Assembly: GCF_001194135.2 (NCBI RefSeq)
Contig: NC_068996.1
Location: 53,353,504-53,417,503 of the forward strand
Reading direction: 5' to 3'
Length of the DNA stretch: 64,000 nt
Source: Octopus bimaculoides
Taxonomy: Eukaryota
Under the pieces are notes generated by a model that was not told where the DNA came from, did not search any database, and was given only the letters and a program-made list of their open reading frames with translations. The first letter of the stretch is position 1. The number at the start of each line of letters is the position of its first letter. The position numbers and the translations under genes were made by a program. This document shows positions 50,241-63,494 of the stretch, one piece after another.

Positions 50241-50599
50241 ATACAAGTTTATTGTTAAGGTAGGTTCTTTATTTTGCCTCAAAGCAGTATGATTAGTGTG
50301 TTAGACTATTTCCTTTCTATTTTTATATTAACCATTCTGACATCCACCTGTCTCTGACTGCTTCTGCTTGTATGATACAAGATTTAATCCCAGCAAAAAT
50401 TAACTGAACTATACAGGCAGTACTTTTTATTAGAAATGTGGTCACAATTCATACTTGAAAGTTATATATTGTCATCTTGCTTGCATTTGCTTTTGGATCT
50501 CATTCATTATACCTGATCTCAGCTATATTTTGGATATCTCCTGACATAGCTTAATCTCTGGTTGCTATGGTATCTTCTCAACCACAGAAAAATTGAATA

Positions 50600-51300
50600 T
50601 GCACATTTAAAGTATTTGATTCCAATAGCTTGACTTCTTGGACTAAATGTCTGTGCTTAAATGTATTTCCTGAGCAAAAAAACCTTTCCAAGTGAAGAAA
50701 GCTAGGTTGGCATGCTTCTTACTGTAACAGTTTTTGCAAGGAAAAGGAAAGAAACATTCATATAGTTAAGTGTTTGAATACATACAAAGAGTGCACCAAA
50801 TGCAAGTTGTCAGGTAGAACAGATTCCTATGCTAAGTTAGGTAGATATTTATGTCATGGTTTTCACATCATCCATTTCCCAAGGTTGAACTACTAGTTTG
50901 GGTACCACTATCGTGCAAGAAAGGCTTAAATTCAGAAGACATGAATTCTTTGGTTGGAATAATGGACATATTCAGGTGAAGACAAAACAGAAGTAATGCT
51001 CAAGCATGAGATGACATTTATTGAAGGAATTTTGAGACAAGGAAACATGAATAGAACAATGAGAATGTTCATTGATAACAATCAAGATATTTATTGTAGG
51101 ATAATGAAGGTAGCAGACCTTTAAAACCAATGCCTTTGTGGTGAAAGGGACACAGATCTGATGAACTGAGGTAGTTCTGGACAATGATACTATCATTTTA
51201 ACATGTTGGTGAATGTAACATCTAGATATGATGCATTTAATGTTGTGCCTTGAATATGGAAGATTTTGTACTTGATCAAAATGCAACAATATTGTATCAC
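50600..51300 (-). mobile_element. Possible Gypsy integrase remnant
   Basis: HDSGTQTSSSTLGNG-CE resembles DNGTQFTS. ILIVINEHS resembles YLVVVDAHS. Confidence 0.35.
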
Positions 51301-54300
51301 AGATAGAGGGATTTCTAGAGCCCTAAAAGGTTATTCTGTAAAGAAATGCCATGTAATAGTATATCTGTAGCAGCATTAAAGAATCCTGGACAATGTAAGA
51401 TTTAGCAGAGTGGCATAATCTAATATTCAGTATTTTATTTTTTATGTTATGTATCAATAATATGAGCTACAGATTTCAGATCTGTCACTAATCATTTGCC
51501 TAAAAAAAATTTTTTTAAATGGCGCCATATTTTTGGCAGCCTGGAATACAGGTAGATTTAAATGAAAATTTACATTGTCAAATTTATAGGATTTTGTAAT
51601 TACAAGTTTAAAATCTAGCAACTAATTAGAAAAAAAACTGGACAGATTGTTTTATTATTAAAAGAATTGATGTTGCCCCTCAAAATTTCAGGCCTTGTGC
51701 CTGTAGTAAAAATAATAATTATCATTATTATTGGCAACCAAATATCAAACCTCCATGTGTGATTGGGGACCACCAAAAATTACACTTTAAGCAGGTAAAA
51801 GTTTACTACATAAAGAAATACCAAGTATAACGTCTGTGCAGCAATCAGGTAGTACACGAAAACGTTTTTCTCTATGGCTGGTCTTTTAACTTTAATTCTA
51901 GTTCCACAGAAATCTACATGAATGAGCATGCCAACCTGCTTTGAAAGGTTCTGTCGATGGGGTACATTTGTTAAAAGGATAACCCTTAGGTTATGCATAA
52001 GTTATTAGGAGATGAAATATTCATAATTACCTTTGTCAATATGCCCTTTTATAGAAATTTCATAAATGGCTGTCAGTGATAGTCTTTTAAAGCAGAAAGT
52101 ACACAGGCAAGAGTTACAAACATGTTGCAGAAAATTCTCACATAAACAATGCCTTTCAAACCCAACAAGTTACAGAATTTTCTACTTGAAGAGCATTCAT
52201 AGATTTGCATATATTTTTGTGGCTATTCTCAAAGCACAAACCTACATCTAAGGCTGAAGTCAGAGCTAAATTCAAGTTCATATCTCAACTTTGTCTTTCA
52301 ATCCATCTGGGGTAGATAAGACAAAATATTACGTACTGGGGTTGATGATACTGACTGACCACCCCTCTCCCTATCTCCTTTTAAAAATTGTTGGCCTTTT
52401 GTCTAAATCAGAAACAGTTATTACTTTTATTTACATAAAATATTACAATTATACTTGATTTCACTTGGAGATGCAAGTAATTGAGATGAAAAAATAAAAA
52501 AAGACATTGCTTAGTTTGGCTCTTTGTTATTTTATGAAGGTAACGGTTTTTTTCCTGATTACGGAATTGGTCTTATTATTATTTCTCCGAATTTTACATT
52601 CTTCATTTTCTGAGTAATAACATTGGTTAAAGGTTTCCAACATGTCTACAGATATGATGGCACAAGTAAAAAGTATATTGGAGCAAATCTAGCAAATACC
52701 TGGAGATAGTTTTGTCCAAATGCATGGATTTCTATCAGTTTTCCTTTCTCAATAATATCCATGTCATATATATATATGACATGATCAAATGTGTTCCCTC
52801 CTTGGCCATCCATGTTCTTGTATATCACAGACTACCTTGTCCAATGTGTCCCTTTTTTTTAAAACAGCAATGTATGACTTGAGTGAATTTGGCTGCTATT
52901 TTTAGCAACTTTGTAGGGGCTTGTCTAACTCTAAAGATGTTTCGTTAGAAGATATATAACTTATCAATGTAAAAAATAACAAGCATTTAAACTGATGTTT
53001 GATTTATTAGTTTGCAAAATACTGAGTTCACTTTCTCATGCATGAAAAACTACTTACAATAGATAAGGGTCTTATCTAGGAGGGAGATTTGTCTATATAT
53101 TAATACAGAAACTAACTGAAAATTAACACCTGCTCCATGGATACTTACAATTCTTAAAAAGTGGGTTACTTGTTGGGAAATAATATCCTCTTAATCATTT
53201 GATTAGTTTCAATGCATTTGAAACCATTATTAAGGTCCACAGAACTTAGTTGAATTAATGTAGCTTTTGAGCTTTGTAAGAGAAATAAGCTATCCTCATT
53301 CAATAACCTCAAAAAACATACCCTCATTCTATTTTTTTTCCTTTATGTATGTTCATTTCATTGCAAGAACTAATTCATCTTGAGATATTGTCTTGCTATT
53401 AAAAACAATTCATTTTCTCACATCCTCTTAACATTGTAAATCTCTATATAACTTGTCTTTTAATGTTGTATTTAGACTCTTGCATATTTTCCTATCAATT
53501 TTTTTTTCTTATATTTTCTGATTTGGTACAGTATACTGCCAACATGCAGCCCACTTCCTGGTTGAGCCAAAAGCTCTAGTCAAAGACTTGCAATAGATTG
53601 CATTTGAAATGTATATACTTCAGTGTTGCTATATCACAGCTTTCTTGTGCATTTATCAATATTTTACAAAAATTCTTTCTACACGCAATAAGGTCTCTTT
53701 CACTCTCTCTTCCTTTTTTTTTATAGACTCGAGTTAAAATTGATGATGCAATTGTAACTATCACTATCTTTCATTCTGACCACATTTGGCTGGAATGTTG
53801 ATTACCTGGCTTTCTGGTGTTTCTTGGACTCTCTGTCTGTATCATACGACTCGGGCGCCTTATACTGTCTTCATTCAAACACCACAATAGTGAGACCAAT
53901 ACTGTTGATATTCAATTTAGTTAGAGTTGAGAGAAGATTTGGGTGATGACTAACAGCAGTAACTGATCCAATGTAATGGATTTAGAGATTATGGTGGTTT
54001 AAAGATGAAAAGAGTAGTTTAAGGCTGTTGCAGTATACTGTAGCCATAACTGCCATGCATACCAGAGTTACCACCCTTGGCAATATCACTATTTCATGTG
54101 AGTGAAAGACCACGAGTTTATAGAGAGTTACAACTAATTAGATAGACACTGTACATCCCTAATAATTTAGACTCCTGAGCAAAATGAACACATAAAGCAT
54201 GGAATCTCAGCTCTTCTTTATGCTAATCCACTGCTATTATTTTACTTTAAAAGTAAATGATAGTAATCACTTGACAGATCTTAAGGGAATTTCTACATCA

Positions 54301-55275
54301 TGTTACTTAGATCTCTTGCATTGAGACCCTTGATTAAAGCAAAGAATTTGCTGTTGTTAAGAAGAAGAAAAAAAAAGCCTTTGATTTAATCTTGAATGAA
54401 AATTTCCTCATTTCCATTGTTATTCAGTCAGAAGATTTCTGACAAGATCTATCTAAACATAATCTGGCATAGCTTTTTCTGAGTTGCAGAATGTCTTAAC
54501 TCTTCAGTATTTAGATTAATCTGTCAAATGTATTGCTTATTCATTCACACTGTTTTAAATTAATCACGCATTATCCCGTAGCTTCAAGATTTCAGTGATG
54601 TAATTAATTTTTAGAATGGCATTGAGAGGCTGTACTTAGCTAATTTCAACATAAAACAGAATATCTGTACCTGAGATGGCTGATTTCAATGCTAAAGGTT
54701 TAAAGTTCATTGCATTCCCCCCCCCCTCCACTTTTATTCCAATCACACTTCTGAGTTACTAGAACTAATCCTCTATCTTTTACTTCTGACTTTATCTACA
54801 CAGCCTAAAATGCTGCCATATCTCGTTAATTTTTTTTGATAGAGACATCAAAAATATTCTATAATTTGGTAGTGACACTCAGATATTAACTTTGAACAGC
54901 TGCTAACTTCTCAGAAAGCTTAGATATGTCTTATACAGAATTACTGCACACTAATTTGGCACAATTCTCCAACTACACAAAAATACATTCTAGTCAGTGA
55001 GTATTAAAGGAGCAACCCCCCCCCCCTCAGTTAGACAATATTTCATACTGATCCCGCAATAGTCATGGCTTTGAATTAGTTGACAGTGTGCAATTTTCCT
55101 ATCTAAATCCATTCAAATCCTTCATCATCTCTACTCTTTCTTCTCAACACTCAAAAACAAACTTTACCAAATCCTTCAGAATTTCCTTTCAGCTTGTGTT
55201 TTCTATTTGGCAAGTAGAGACTTGTCAGATAGAAAACAATAATTGAGAGAAGCTTCAAACATTCTTATTTGCATA

Positions 55276-55492
55276 CAGTGGTTCTCAACCAGGCTCCATA
55301 ACAGATTCTGCTGCTAAAATTTATGAGCAATAAATTGGTTATACTTCTACAATGCATGAAATATATTAATTTTTTTTTTCATAATTACAATTCTTTGATT
55401 ATAAAATATAGAATTTTTTAAGCATCAAATGGCTATGAAGATCCATCTGATTAAAATAGGAACCATAAGTGGAAGATGGTTGAGAGCCACTG
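55276..55492. mobile_element. hAT-like MITE
   Basis: TIRs cagtggttctcaacc (55276-55290) and ggttgagagccactg (55478-55492) match at 14/15. No 8-bp TSD retained. Confidence 0.65.
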
Positions 55493-56914
55493 GATCCTTC
55501 TGAATCAATAGTTGTATAATATTTTTTTGATAATTTTACTTTTCACAAATATTAGAATATCCACTTGATTAGTCTAGAATTGCTCACCAACATGAATCTT
55601 TGACCAATAGACATTTTGATTCTCTTTGAGAGTTAAATGCTTTTGTACCACACCCACCCAGTCTACTCAACTGATTTATCTATTCCTCTTTTATCATCTC
55701 ACACCCTTCATACAAACCACTATGGCCAATTCTGCCTTCCCAAAGCATCAATACTCAAGAATTCCTTCCTGTAGTTGTTGACTTACTGTTTGATCAGGAC
55801 TCCCAAAAGCCATAAGTACAATGCTTTCTTCAAGACCAAACAAAAACCTAAGGCCTCAGTCCACCCATGTACTTATGATTGAAGTCGGTGTGCCTTAACA
55901 CCAAGGTAAACCAATGATATTATGATATGATCTCTATACCCCGACAAGCTTTAAAAAGTACTTACATTCATGATCTGGAACAGTAGATAACTACAGTATA
56001 TTTTCACAAAATTTGAAAGGAAATATCAAATATGCAACAGAAGGTCATAATTTAGGTAATCAACAGTTGGGCTAAAATATCACATATTAAGAAAAACCTT
56101 CATAGATAGTATCTTCAGAAGTCCTACATTAATTCATCTGCATGAGACACCAATGTAATATTCATCTAAAATATACTAATTAAAACCTTAATCAAGTATG
56201 AACACCAAAAGAAAAAACTTATGCTGTATTATGGAAACTGTTTCTCCATGACATGGGATTGTAGGTTTCCATATACACCTAATCATTTACCTGTTGAGTA
56301 CATTTCTAATCATTTGAGTTGAGTAAAAATGCTTTAATTATGGGCTCATTTGGTAAAAGGTTAGATTGACAGAGATCACTTTCCTGAAATATATGTAAAT
56401 ACAGAAAAGAGTTTATGTTGTAGAAATAATGAAATACATTAGAATAATGTAAATAAATGTCTTAATAATCTCTCCTCTGTCAGAAAAAGTGATTTTGGTT
56501 CTCTTTGGGGCACTTTCCAAAGACTATGCACCCATCTAATGTCTGTTCGTTGAGAGATTGTATAACCATAGGTATATGGTAAGTGGATTTTCTTATTTAG
56601 TGACATCCATACATGTCCTAGTGGTCAGGGGATTGCATTCACAGTGATTGTGAGATCATGATTCCTGGACTGAGTGGCACATTGTTCCTTGAGCTTCGTT
56701 TCACATGGCTCTGCTGTGATCACTTTAACATCTGACGTGTGGTACATCATACACCTTTACAGGTAATGTTAATTTGATGGAGGAAGTGAGCTAATTTTCA
56801 GTTCAAACATTTAATCACTATAAACAAATCATCTGTGCAGGTTGTTTAGAAAAGAAATCATAGAATCGTGTTTCTCAATGTATATATATATAAATCATCA
56901 TCTGGTTGGGTTAA

Positions 56915-57128
56915 GTGCTAGAATGTTGTCAACTTAATGTGTCAGTCCCATGAAAGGGAAGAATGCTACTGTTATTTAACCCTAGGAAACACCATTTCCT
57001 GTTGACACATTTCCTGTAGCATTCTTCCCTATCATGAGACTGTCACATTAAGTTGACAATATACTATCATTTTATCATGCTGCTACTGCATAAATCTCTC
57101 TAAGAGATTTAGAAATGTATTATTTCTA
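56915..57128 (+). mobile_element. Inverted-end short element (family P2, copy 1), Penelope-like architecture
   Basis: 12-bp TSD tggttgggttaa at 56903-56914 and 57129-57140. Inverted arms with an internal deletion. About 55-nt tail on the right only. Confidence 0.7.
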
Positions 57129-58810
57129 TGGTTGGGTTAACTTGCCCAGACCATTGGCTTTTTAATACCTGAATGTCTCATCTACACACCACAACTATGG
57201 TACTTAGTTCACTAAATGAAATGGTTGATCCTGATCATTAACAACTTGGAACTCTTGAACCAGGGGCCCATTACCAGATGCAGTTTAAAGCCATACCCAA
57301 GACATTTTATATATATATATATATATATGAGACCATCCCCTCCTACAATATAGTCCCTTTTCCCCCCCTCCTGCCATGGTTCATCTTAATCCCTTGCGTA
57401 CCTGCTATCTTTCCTAGCACTCATCTGTCATGTGTTCACTCTCTCTAGCTATTCCTTTTGTCCCTCTAAATCTCCCTCTCCACACTCCTGTGCCTTGCTC
57501 TTCTTCTCTTACTCCCTGAACTATCATCCCTGAGCCACTCCTCTCTCTCTCTTTCTACCCCTACCCATACTGCAATTTCCCATCATGCTACACCACCTCT
57601 CCTCTTCATCATTCACTCCATCACCTCTATCCTGGCATCTAACCATCAGTTAATATTCCCCCACCACCACTTCTCTTGCTTCCTGAAGGTTTTGCTCTGG
57701 TACCCCATTGCTTCCGTCTTACCATTTTTTCTAGAAACTCCCAGCCACCCTTATAATATAAAAGTGGGCTAGCCATGTATCTTCTCCATAGCAAGACATC
57801 TCTGCTTGTCCCTGGAATAAAATCTCCACACCACCTTCTCAAAAACTACCCTCACCCCCAAACACTTAGTTAAGAGAGCTTTCCCCCTTTCCTTCCTTGT
57901 TTTCTTTCTTACAAGTTACTTGCCAACCCTGCTAGTGCAGGTTCCACAAAAAAAAAAAAAACACCCACTACACGCTTCAATTTGGTTAGCATTAGAAAGG
58001 GTGTCCAACTGTAGAAACCATGCCAAAAATGACACTGGAACATGATGCTCCCTGTGGATCACTGGGTCCCATCAAACTATCCAACCCATGCCAGCAGGGA
58101 AAATAAACATATAAGGATGATACACACAGTATATGAGTATATGGACTCTGAAGTAAAACCCATATAAGACTTCGGGATAAGCTTGAGTTGACTAGTTTAT
58201 TGGAATATGTCTATTCTATTATGCATTTACATTATCCAAAACGAGCTTAGTGCTTCAATAATTATTTAATTATCTTTTGTTTGAAATGAAGAAATCCAAA
58301 TCAATCAGTCAGAATGAAGACAATGTCTGTGTCATCTCTCTGTTTATTTTCAGGCAAAAACCTTTAATGCAGATCCATGTAAGCTATTCCATGCCTCAAA
58401 CCTGCCTGTGCTATAAGAGAAATAATAATTCCACAACTCCTGTGCAAAACTGGATCTTGGAATAATAAAGCTGGGCCATCAACCTAATTTATGAACTTGT
58501 TATTATTTTATTCTTGTATTTTATTCCTTAATTGCTCTTAATTATTGGGCTGTGGCCATACTGGAGCACCATTTTCAATCATCAACCCAGTAGTTTTTTT
58601 CTATTTATTGTATAGGTCAGCATTTGGCAAAGCATTGAGTTATGCGACATAAAGATACACGGTACTGATCTCTTTTTTAGGCTGCTATTAACATTTACAC
58701 ATACACACTTATACATACCTGAACATGTTTATTATATCAAAACAATGATAATCTACTTGAGCTCTGCCAAACAGTTTGTCAGATCTGTTTTTGCAATGTT
58801 TAGCATAGTC

Positions 58811-58846
<36 letters not shown>

Positions 58847-58851
58847 CACTT

Positions 58852-59627
58852 GCTTTCTGATGCTTTGTTTTCCCAGGAAGAAAAAGGAATTTTGCATCAC
58901 TTCAGATTGTCTTTTAGTTTGTCTTTGAAGCATAAGAGTGGCCTTCCGACTGACATTCCTGTTGGGAATTGGCCAAAGAATTCTGAATTCTTTGGAATTC
59001 TGATATCACTCATACATGAGGAAATGACCTGACCAGCTAAGCTGTATTTTGATGACAATGGCTTCAATAGTTGATACGTTGCATCTTGTCAGAACCTCAC
59101 TGTTATGAATATGGCCACTCGGTCGGAGATAGCACGCAAGCATTGCATAATAAAAGCGTCGAACTGATTGATATACTTTCAGTACAGAGTCCAAGATTCA
59201 GCATCCCAAAGCAATGATGTCAAAACCACCAATTTATATACATCTTCCTGGGGAAACAAAGCATCAGAACACAGGAGGACGTGGTGCCAGTCCTGCTTCT
59301 CCTCTGTTCAAAGATTTGAGCACAGTCAACTCCAACTTCATGCAAGCTTCAAGGTACACTGGCAAAACGCTGCTCCTCTAAATGGAAACCTTACCTGTCG
59401 TTGTAGTTTTGTGGAATGAAGCAATGCAAACTTTGCCATCCACTCGAGAAAACACATAGTGAATGATCCACAAGCACTCAAACAAACTGAGTCCTCAACT
59501 TGTTCTATTTGCCAAAAGGTTTGGAAGGCACCAACAGGCCTCAAGAGACATGTTCATATCCATAAAACATGATTAACGATTTATTTTACTAAACCCTCAT
59601 TTGTTGTTCATGATGAGAGACTCCATC
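58852..59627 (+). mobile_element. 5'-truncated RTE LINE with inverted 5' segment
   Basis: 58855-59242 encodes VYKLVVLTSLLWDAESWTLY..NSEVLTRCNVSTIEAIVIKIQLSWSGH on the minus strand. 59243-59575 encodes the downstream C-terminus with CSICQKVWKAPTGLKRHVHIH on the plus strand. Flanks atatttcactt / atatatcactt. Confidence 0.75.
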
Positions 59628-60470
59628 ATATATCACTTAGGCATTGCAATACTAATAACCTGGTTTTAAAACTCAATATACATATGCTTGAGTACAGAAT
59701 CATTATAAGAAATTGGGTTGACAAAGGAAATAGACAATTTTGATTTTGATATACTTGACTCAATAGGTCCCCTCAAGCACAGCATGTTGCCCTATGTAAT
59801 TAAAATATAAACAATAATAAACCATAAAATAAAGTTTTATTTTTCAAAATGAAACAAAATTTATATTTGAAGAGTTTTCTACTTTTTTTAATTGCAAAGT
59901 CTTTGATCATCATGAACACTTCAAAATCATATTTCTGGTCATAAACCACTTTGAACGTTATTTTAGCTAGTTTAATATCATTTTCTTTTGTGCCGTAAAC
60001 CATTTACCATTTCTGTGGTGCTCCTCCTGCCTTTGATGCCCTAAGCATGTGCTTGTTTTGTTTAATGGCTAATCCAGTGCTGATTATGCTATGAACTTCA
60101 TTAGCTTACAGTTGTTTCTGCAATAAGGTGCAATGCACTCATAATCGAGTGAATGACTATCACATTGTTGCAGAACTGAAGCTTCATGTTTGATGCTCTG
60201 ATGAATCTATATTATGATACTCAAGTACTCAGTTATGAATACATTGCATCTTACAGCAGAAACAGCTGTAAGCTAAGGAAGTTCATAATATATATATATA
60301 TATATATATATATAGGTAACAAAGAATATGAAAGTACTCAGTACTTTGAAGGAGTGTGTTTGATGTGATTTCAGCTGAAATCAACATTTGCAACTAATAG
60401 TTTCCAACAGAGAAACTTGCACACCAGGTATATTTATGTATATATATATTTATATCTATATCTATCTATC

Positions 60471-60531
<61 letters not shown>

Positions 60532-60619
60532 GCATAACAGTTGCAAAAAATCTTGCAAATCACCTCATCAGTGTTCTGAGAAAAATACAACTGGTGTTGA
60601 AGGCTCAATGTGCATATCT

Positions 60620-62671
60620 AGGAGGACAGCTGTGTAAAGAAGTGCCGATCTCTAACAGTGGAGGGAACCTGTAGACCCAGAAAGATATGGGGCAAGGTGG
60701 TGAAGCATGATCTTATGAGAGGAGAAGGGGGAATTGGAGGAGTGGAACATGTGTCAGATGGTGAAATGTTAGAGTGTGACAGAGAGACAGAAACAGGTGT
60801 CTTGTTATAGAGGAGGAACATGATTAACTGTGAAAGAGAGAGTAGTAATAAGAAAGAAGACAGAAACCTGGAACTTCTTTTCAGATTCTGCAATAAAAGT
60901 GAGATCATCAACATATACTAGTTCCCATGTAAAGGAGATACTTGGTTACCTAGCCAGAGAGAAGAGCTAGAGGAAAGAGAGTGAGAGTGATCAAGAATGA
61001 GGGCAGAAACAGGTGTACTGCTGTAGAGAAGACGTGGTTATCCAGTCAGAGGGAGGGAGAGAGAGAGTGAGAAACAGCAAAAGTGCAAGTGAAAGAGAGT
61101 GGTGAAGTGCCAGGGTATACTCACAAGTAACAAGGATCAGAGCATAGATGTGATGGTAGAGTAAGGAGGAGGGAGATGAATGATGGTAATTGCCAGGGCA
61201 TACTGCCAGGGCATACTGCCAAGGTATGAAGGTCATAATATATGTGGTCAGATTTGCCCAGAGGCCATGAGTAGGACATGGGGATTGCAGTGACTGGTGA
61301 AAAGATGGGGTTGGGGAATTCAGTGATACAGTGAGGGCAGGAAAAGAAGTTGGAAGACAATCATAGTATATGAAGAGGAAATGTGAGGAAGAGAAAAATG
61401 CAGTTTAGAAGAGGAGATGTAGTTTGGTTTCGTGGGGTAGGGTGTGTGAAAAGTTTGTTGCTATATGTGGGTTGGACACAATGCCTCTAGCACTCAACTT
61501 CACTGATGTGAGCACGTCTTTTCTAGAACCTCATATTGCCAAACATCTCAGTCTAGTGTCATCTCCTCTGTGAGGCCCAACATCCTGAGATCAAGCCTCA
61601 CTACTTCATCCCATGTCTTCCTGGCTCTCCCCCTCTTCCACAGGTATCGGTAACAGGCACTTCTGTATACAGCTGTCTTCACTCATATGCATCACATGTC
61701 TAAGCCAATGCATTCTTCTCTCCTGCATGCCATATTTGATCTCTCTTATGCCTAACTTTTCTCTCAACTCAGCTGTGCTCTGTCAGTCATGCACACTGAT
61801 GTTGCAAATCCAATGGAGCATACTATCTTCATTCCTCCCCAGCCTACAAATGTCTTCCGCAGTCAGAGACCATGTCTCACTACCGTGTAACATAGCCATT
61901 CTCACACAAGCATCGTACAATCTGTCTTACTTTCTGAAAGAGAGTCCTCTTGTGGACAACAGAGTTCCTTCATTCTATTCTTAATTTAGAGACAATACTT
62001 TCAAAGCATCCACCACCTTTACTAATTTGGTCACCTAAATAGCAGAAACTATCTACTACCACAAGAGAGCCTCCTGGGCATTTGAGAGAGTCTAAGTCCT
62101 TTATGCTCTAAGTGCTTATTGTTCCTGCACATCTGCCACACACAAAACCAACCTTATCTGATAACTTACCTGCAGTTCCACTGCTTCTCTTATACATCCA
62201 TAGCTTACACTGGGTGCAGCGAATGGAATTACTTCCAACTCCTTTCCTACATATTGAGCAGGGCCATTTACCTGATGGAAAGAGAGTCTTATCTGTTTTC
62301 TTGCTAACAACAACTTTAGTCTTTTCTAGGCCCTTTGATTCCAAACCTGGAACTTCTTCTCCAATTCTGTCTCAGAGTCTGCAATAAGAGCAAGATCATC
62401 AGCATGTAATTGTTCCCATGGGCATCCAGTTTAGAACTCATCTGTTATGGCCTGGAGAACTATGATGAATAAGAGTGGACTAAGAACTGATCCCTGCTGT
62501 ACTCCAACTTGTACATGAAATTCACATACTACTACACCAGTCCTTAGGTATGGGGCCTTCCTGAATAACCTGATGAACTATACAGGTGACTAGGCTGTAT
62601 CGCACACCACCTGATATTTCAATCATCTCAACAGTGATACCCGATGGTCCAGGGGCTTTCCCAGCCTTCAT
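60620..62671 (-). mobile_element. RTE-clade LINE, 5'-truncated, internally deleted, with long 3' UTR
   Basis: KAGKAPGPSGITVEM, VQVGVQQGSVLSPLLFIIVL, HADDL, KWPCSICRKGVGSNSIRCTQC, VDSFCYLGDQ and LHGSETW, then a purine/pyrimidine-biased 3' UTR. Confidence 0.85.
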
Positions 62672-62696
62672 ATCTATTCTATTCATATATATATAT

Positions 62697-62744
<48 letters not shown>

Positions 62745-62916
62745 GTTTAACGTCCGCTTTCCATGCTAGCATGGGTTGGACGATTTGACTGAGGACTGGT
62801 GAAACCGGATGGCAACACCAGGCTCCAATGAATAGAATAGATGTGTGTGTGTGTATAGAAATTTAAATAATCAGAAAATGGAGAAAACTTTTGATCAACA
62901 AACAAATTGAACCACA

Positions 62917-63187
62917 AAGTGATAGTAAGTTGTCAACTTAATGTGACAGTCCCATGAAAGGGAAGAATGCTACTGTTATCTAGTCCTAGGAAACACCATT
63001 TCCTGTTGGACTTGACACACTTCTTGTGTCCTGTCAATTCCAACAGGAAACGGTGTTTCCTAGGGCCAAATAACAGTAGCATTCTTCCCTTTCATGGGAC
63101 TGTCACATTAAGTTAACAACATACTATCACTTTATCATGCTGCTACTGCATAAATCTCTATGAAGGATTTAGAAATGTATTATTTCT
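62917..63187 (+). mobile_element. Inverted-end short element (family P2, copy 2)
   Basis: TSD aaattgaaccaca at 62904-62916 and 63188-63200. Arms of about 100 bp (62916-63017 / 63032-63133). Same tail as copy 1. Confidence 0.75.
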
Positions 63188-63494
63188 AAATTGAACCACA
63201 TCGGTTGATTATCTTTTAATACAAAACATGACAACATTTCTTATGGCTGTTTCTGCTTCCAATGTTAGTTGCTGCTTACGAAAGAAATTCTGAAAATGAT
63301 ACTCTTCATCTTCATGGTACATTCAATCTAGTACATGGAGCTTCATCATACCGATAGTAAATATGGATACTATTATCCCTTAGACGGTTACTACAACTGC
63401 TAACTCTGCTTACCTTTATATATATGTGTGTGTGTGTGTGTGTATAAATATATACATATATAGATGTATGTGTATGCGTGTGTGTGTATATAGA

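Noticed and set aside
63145-63187. Possible hammerhead in the P2 tail (GAAATGTA half-site)
   Set aside because: Neither copy has an intact CUGANGA or a convincing stem II. This would need a genome-wide consensus.
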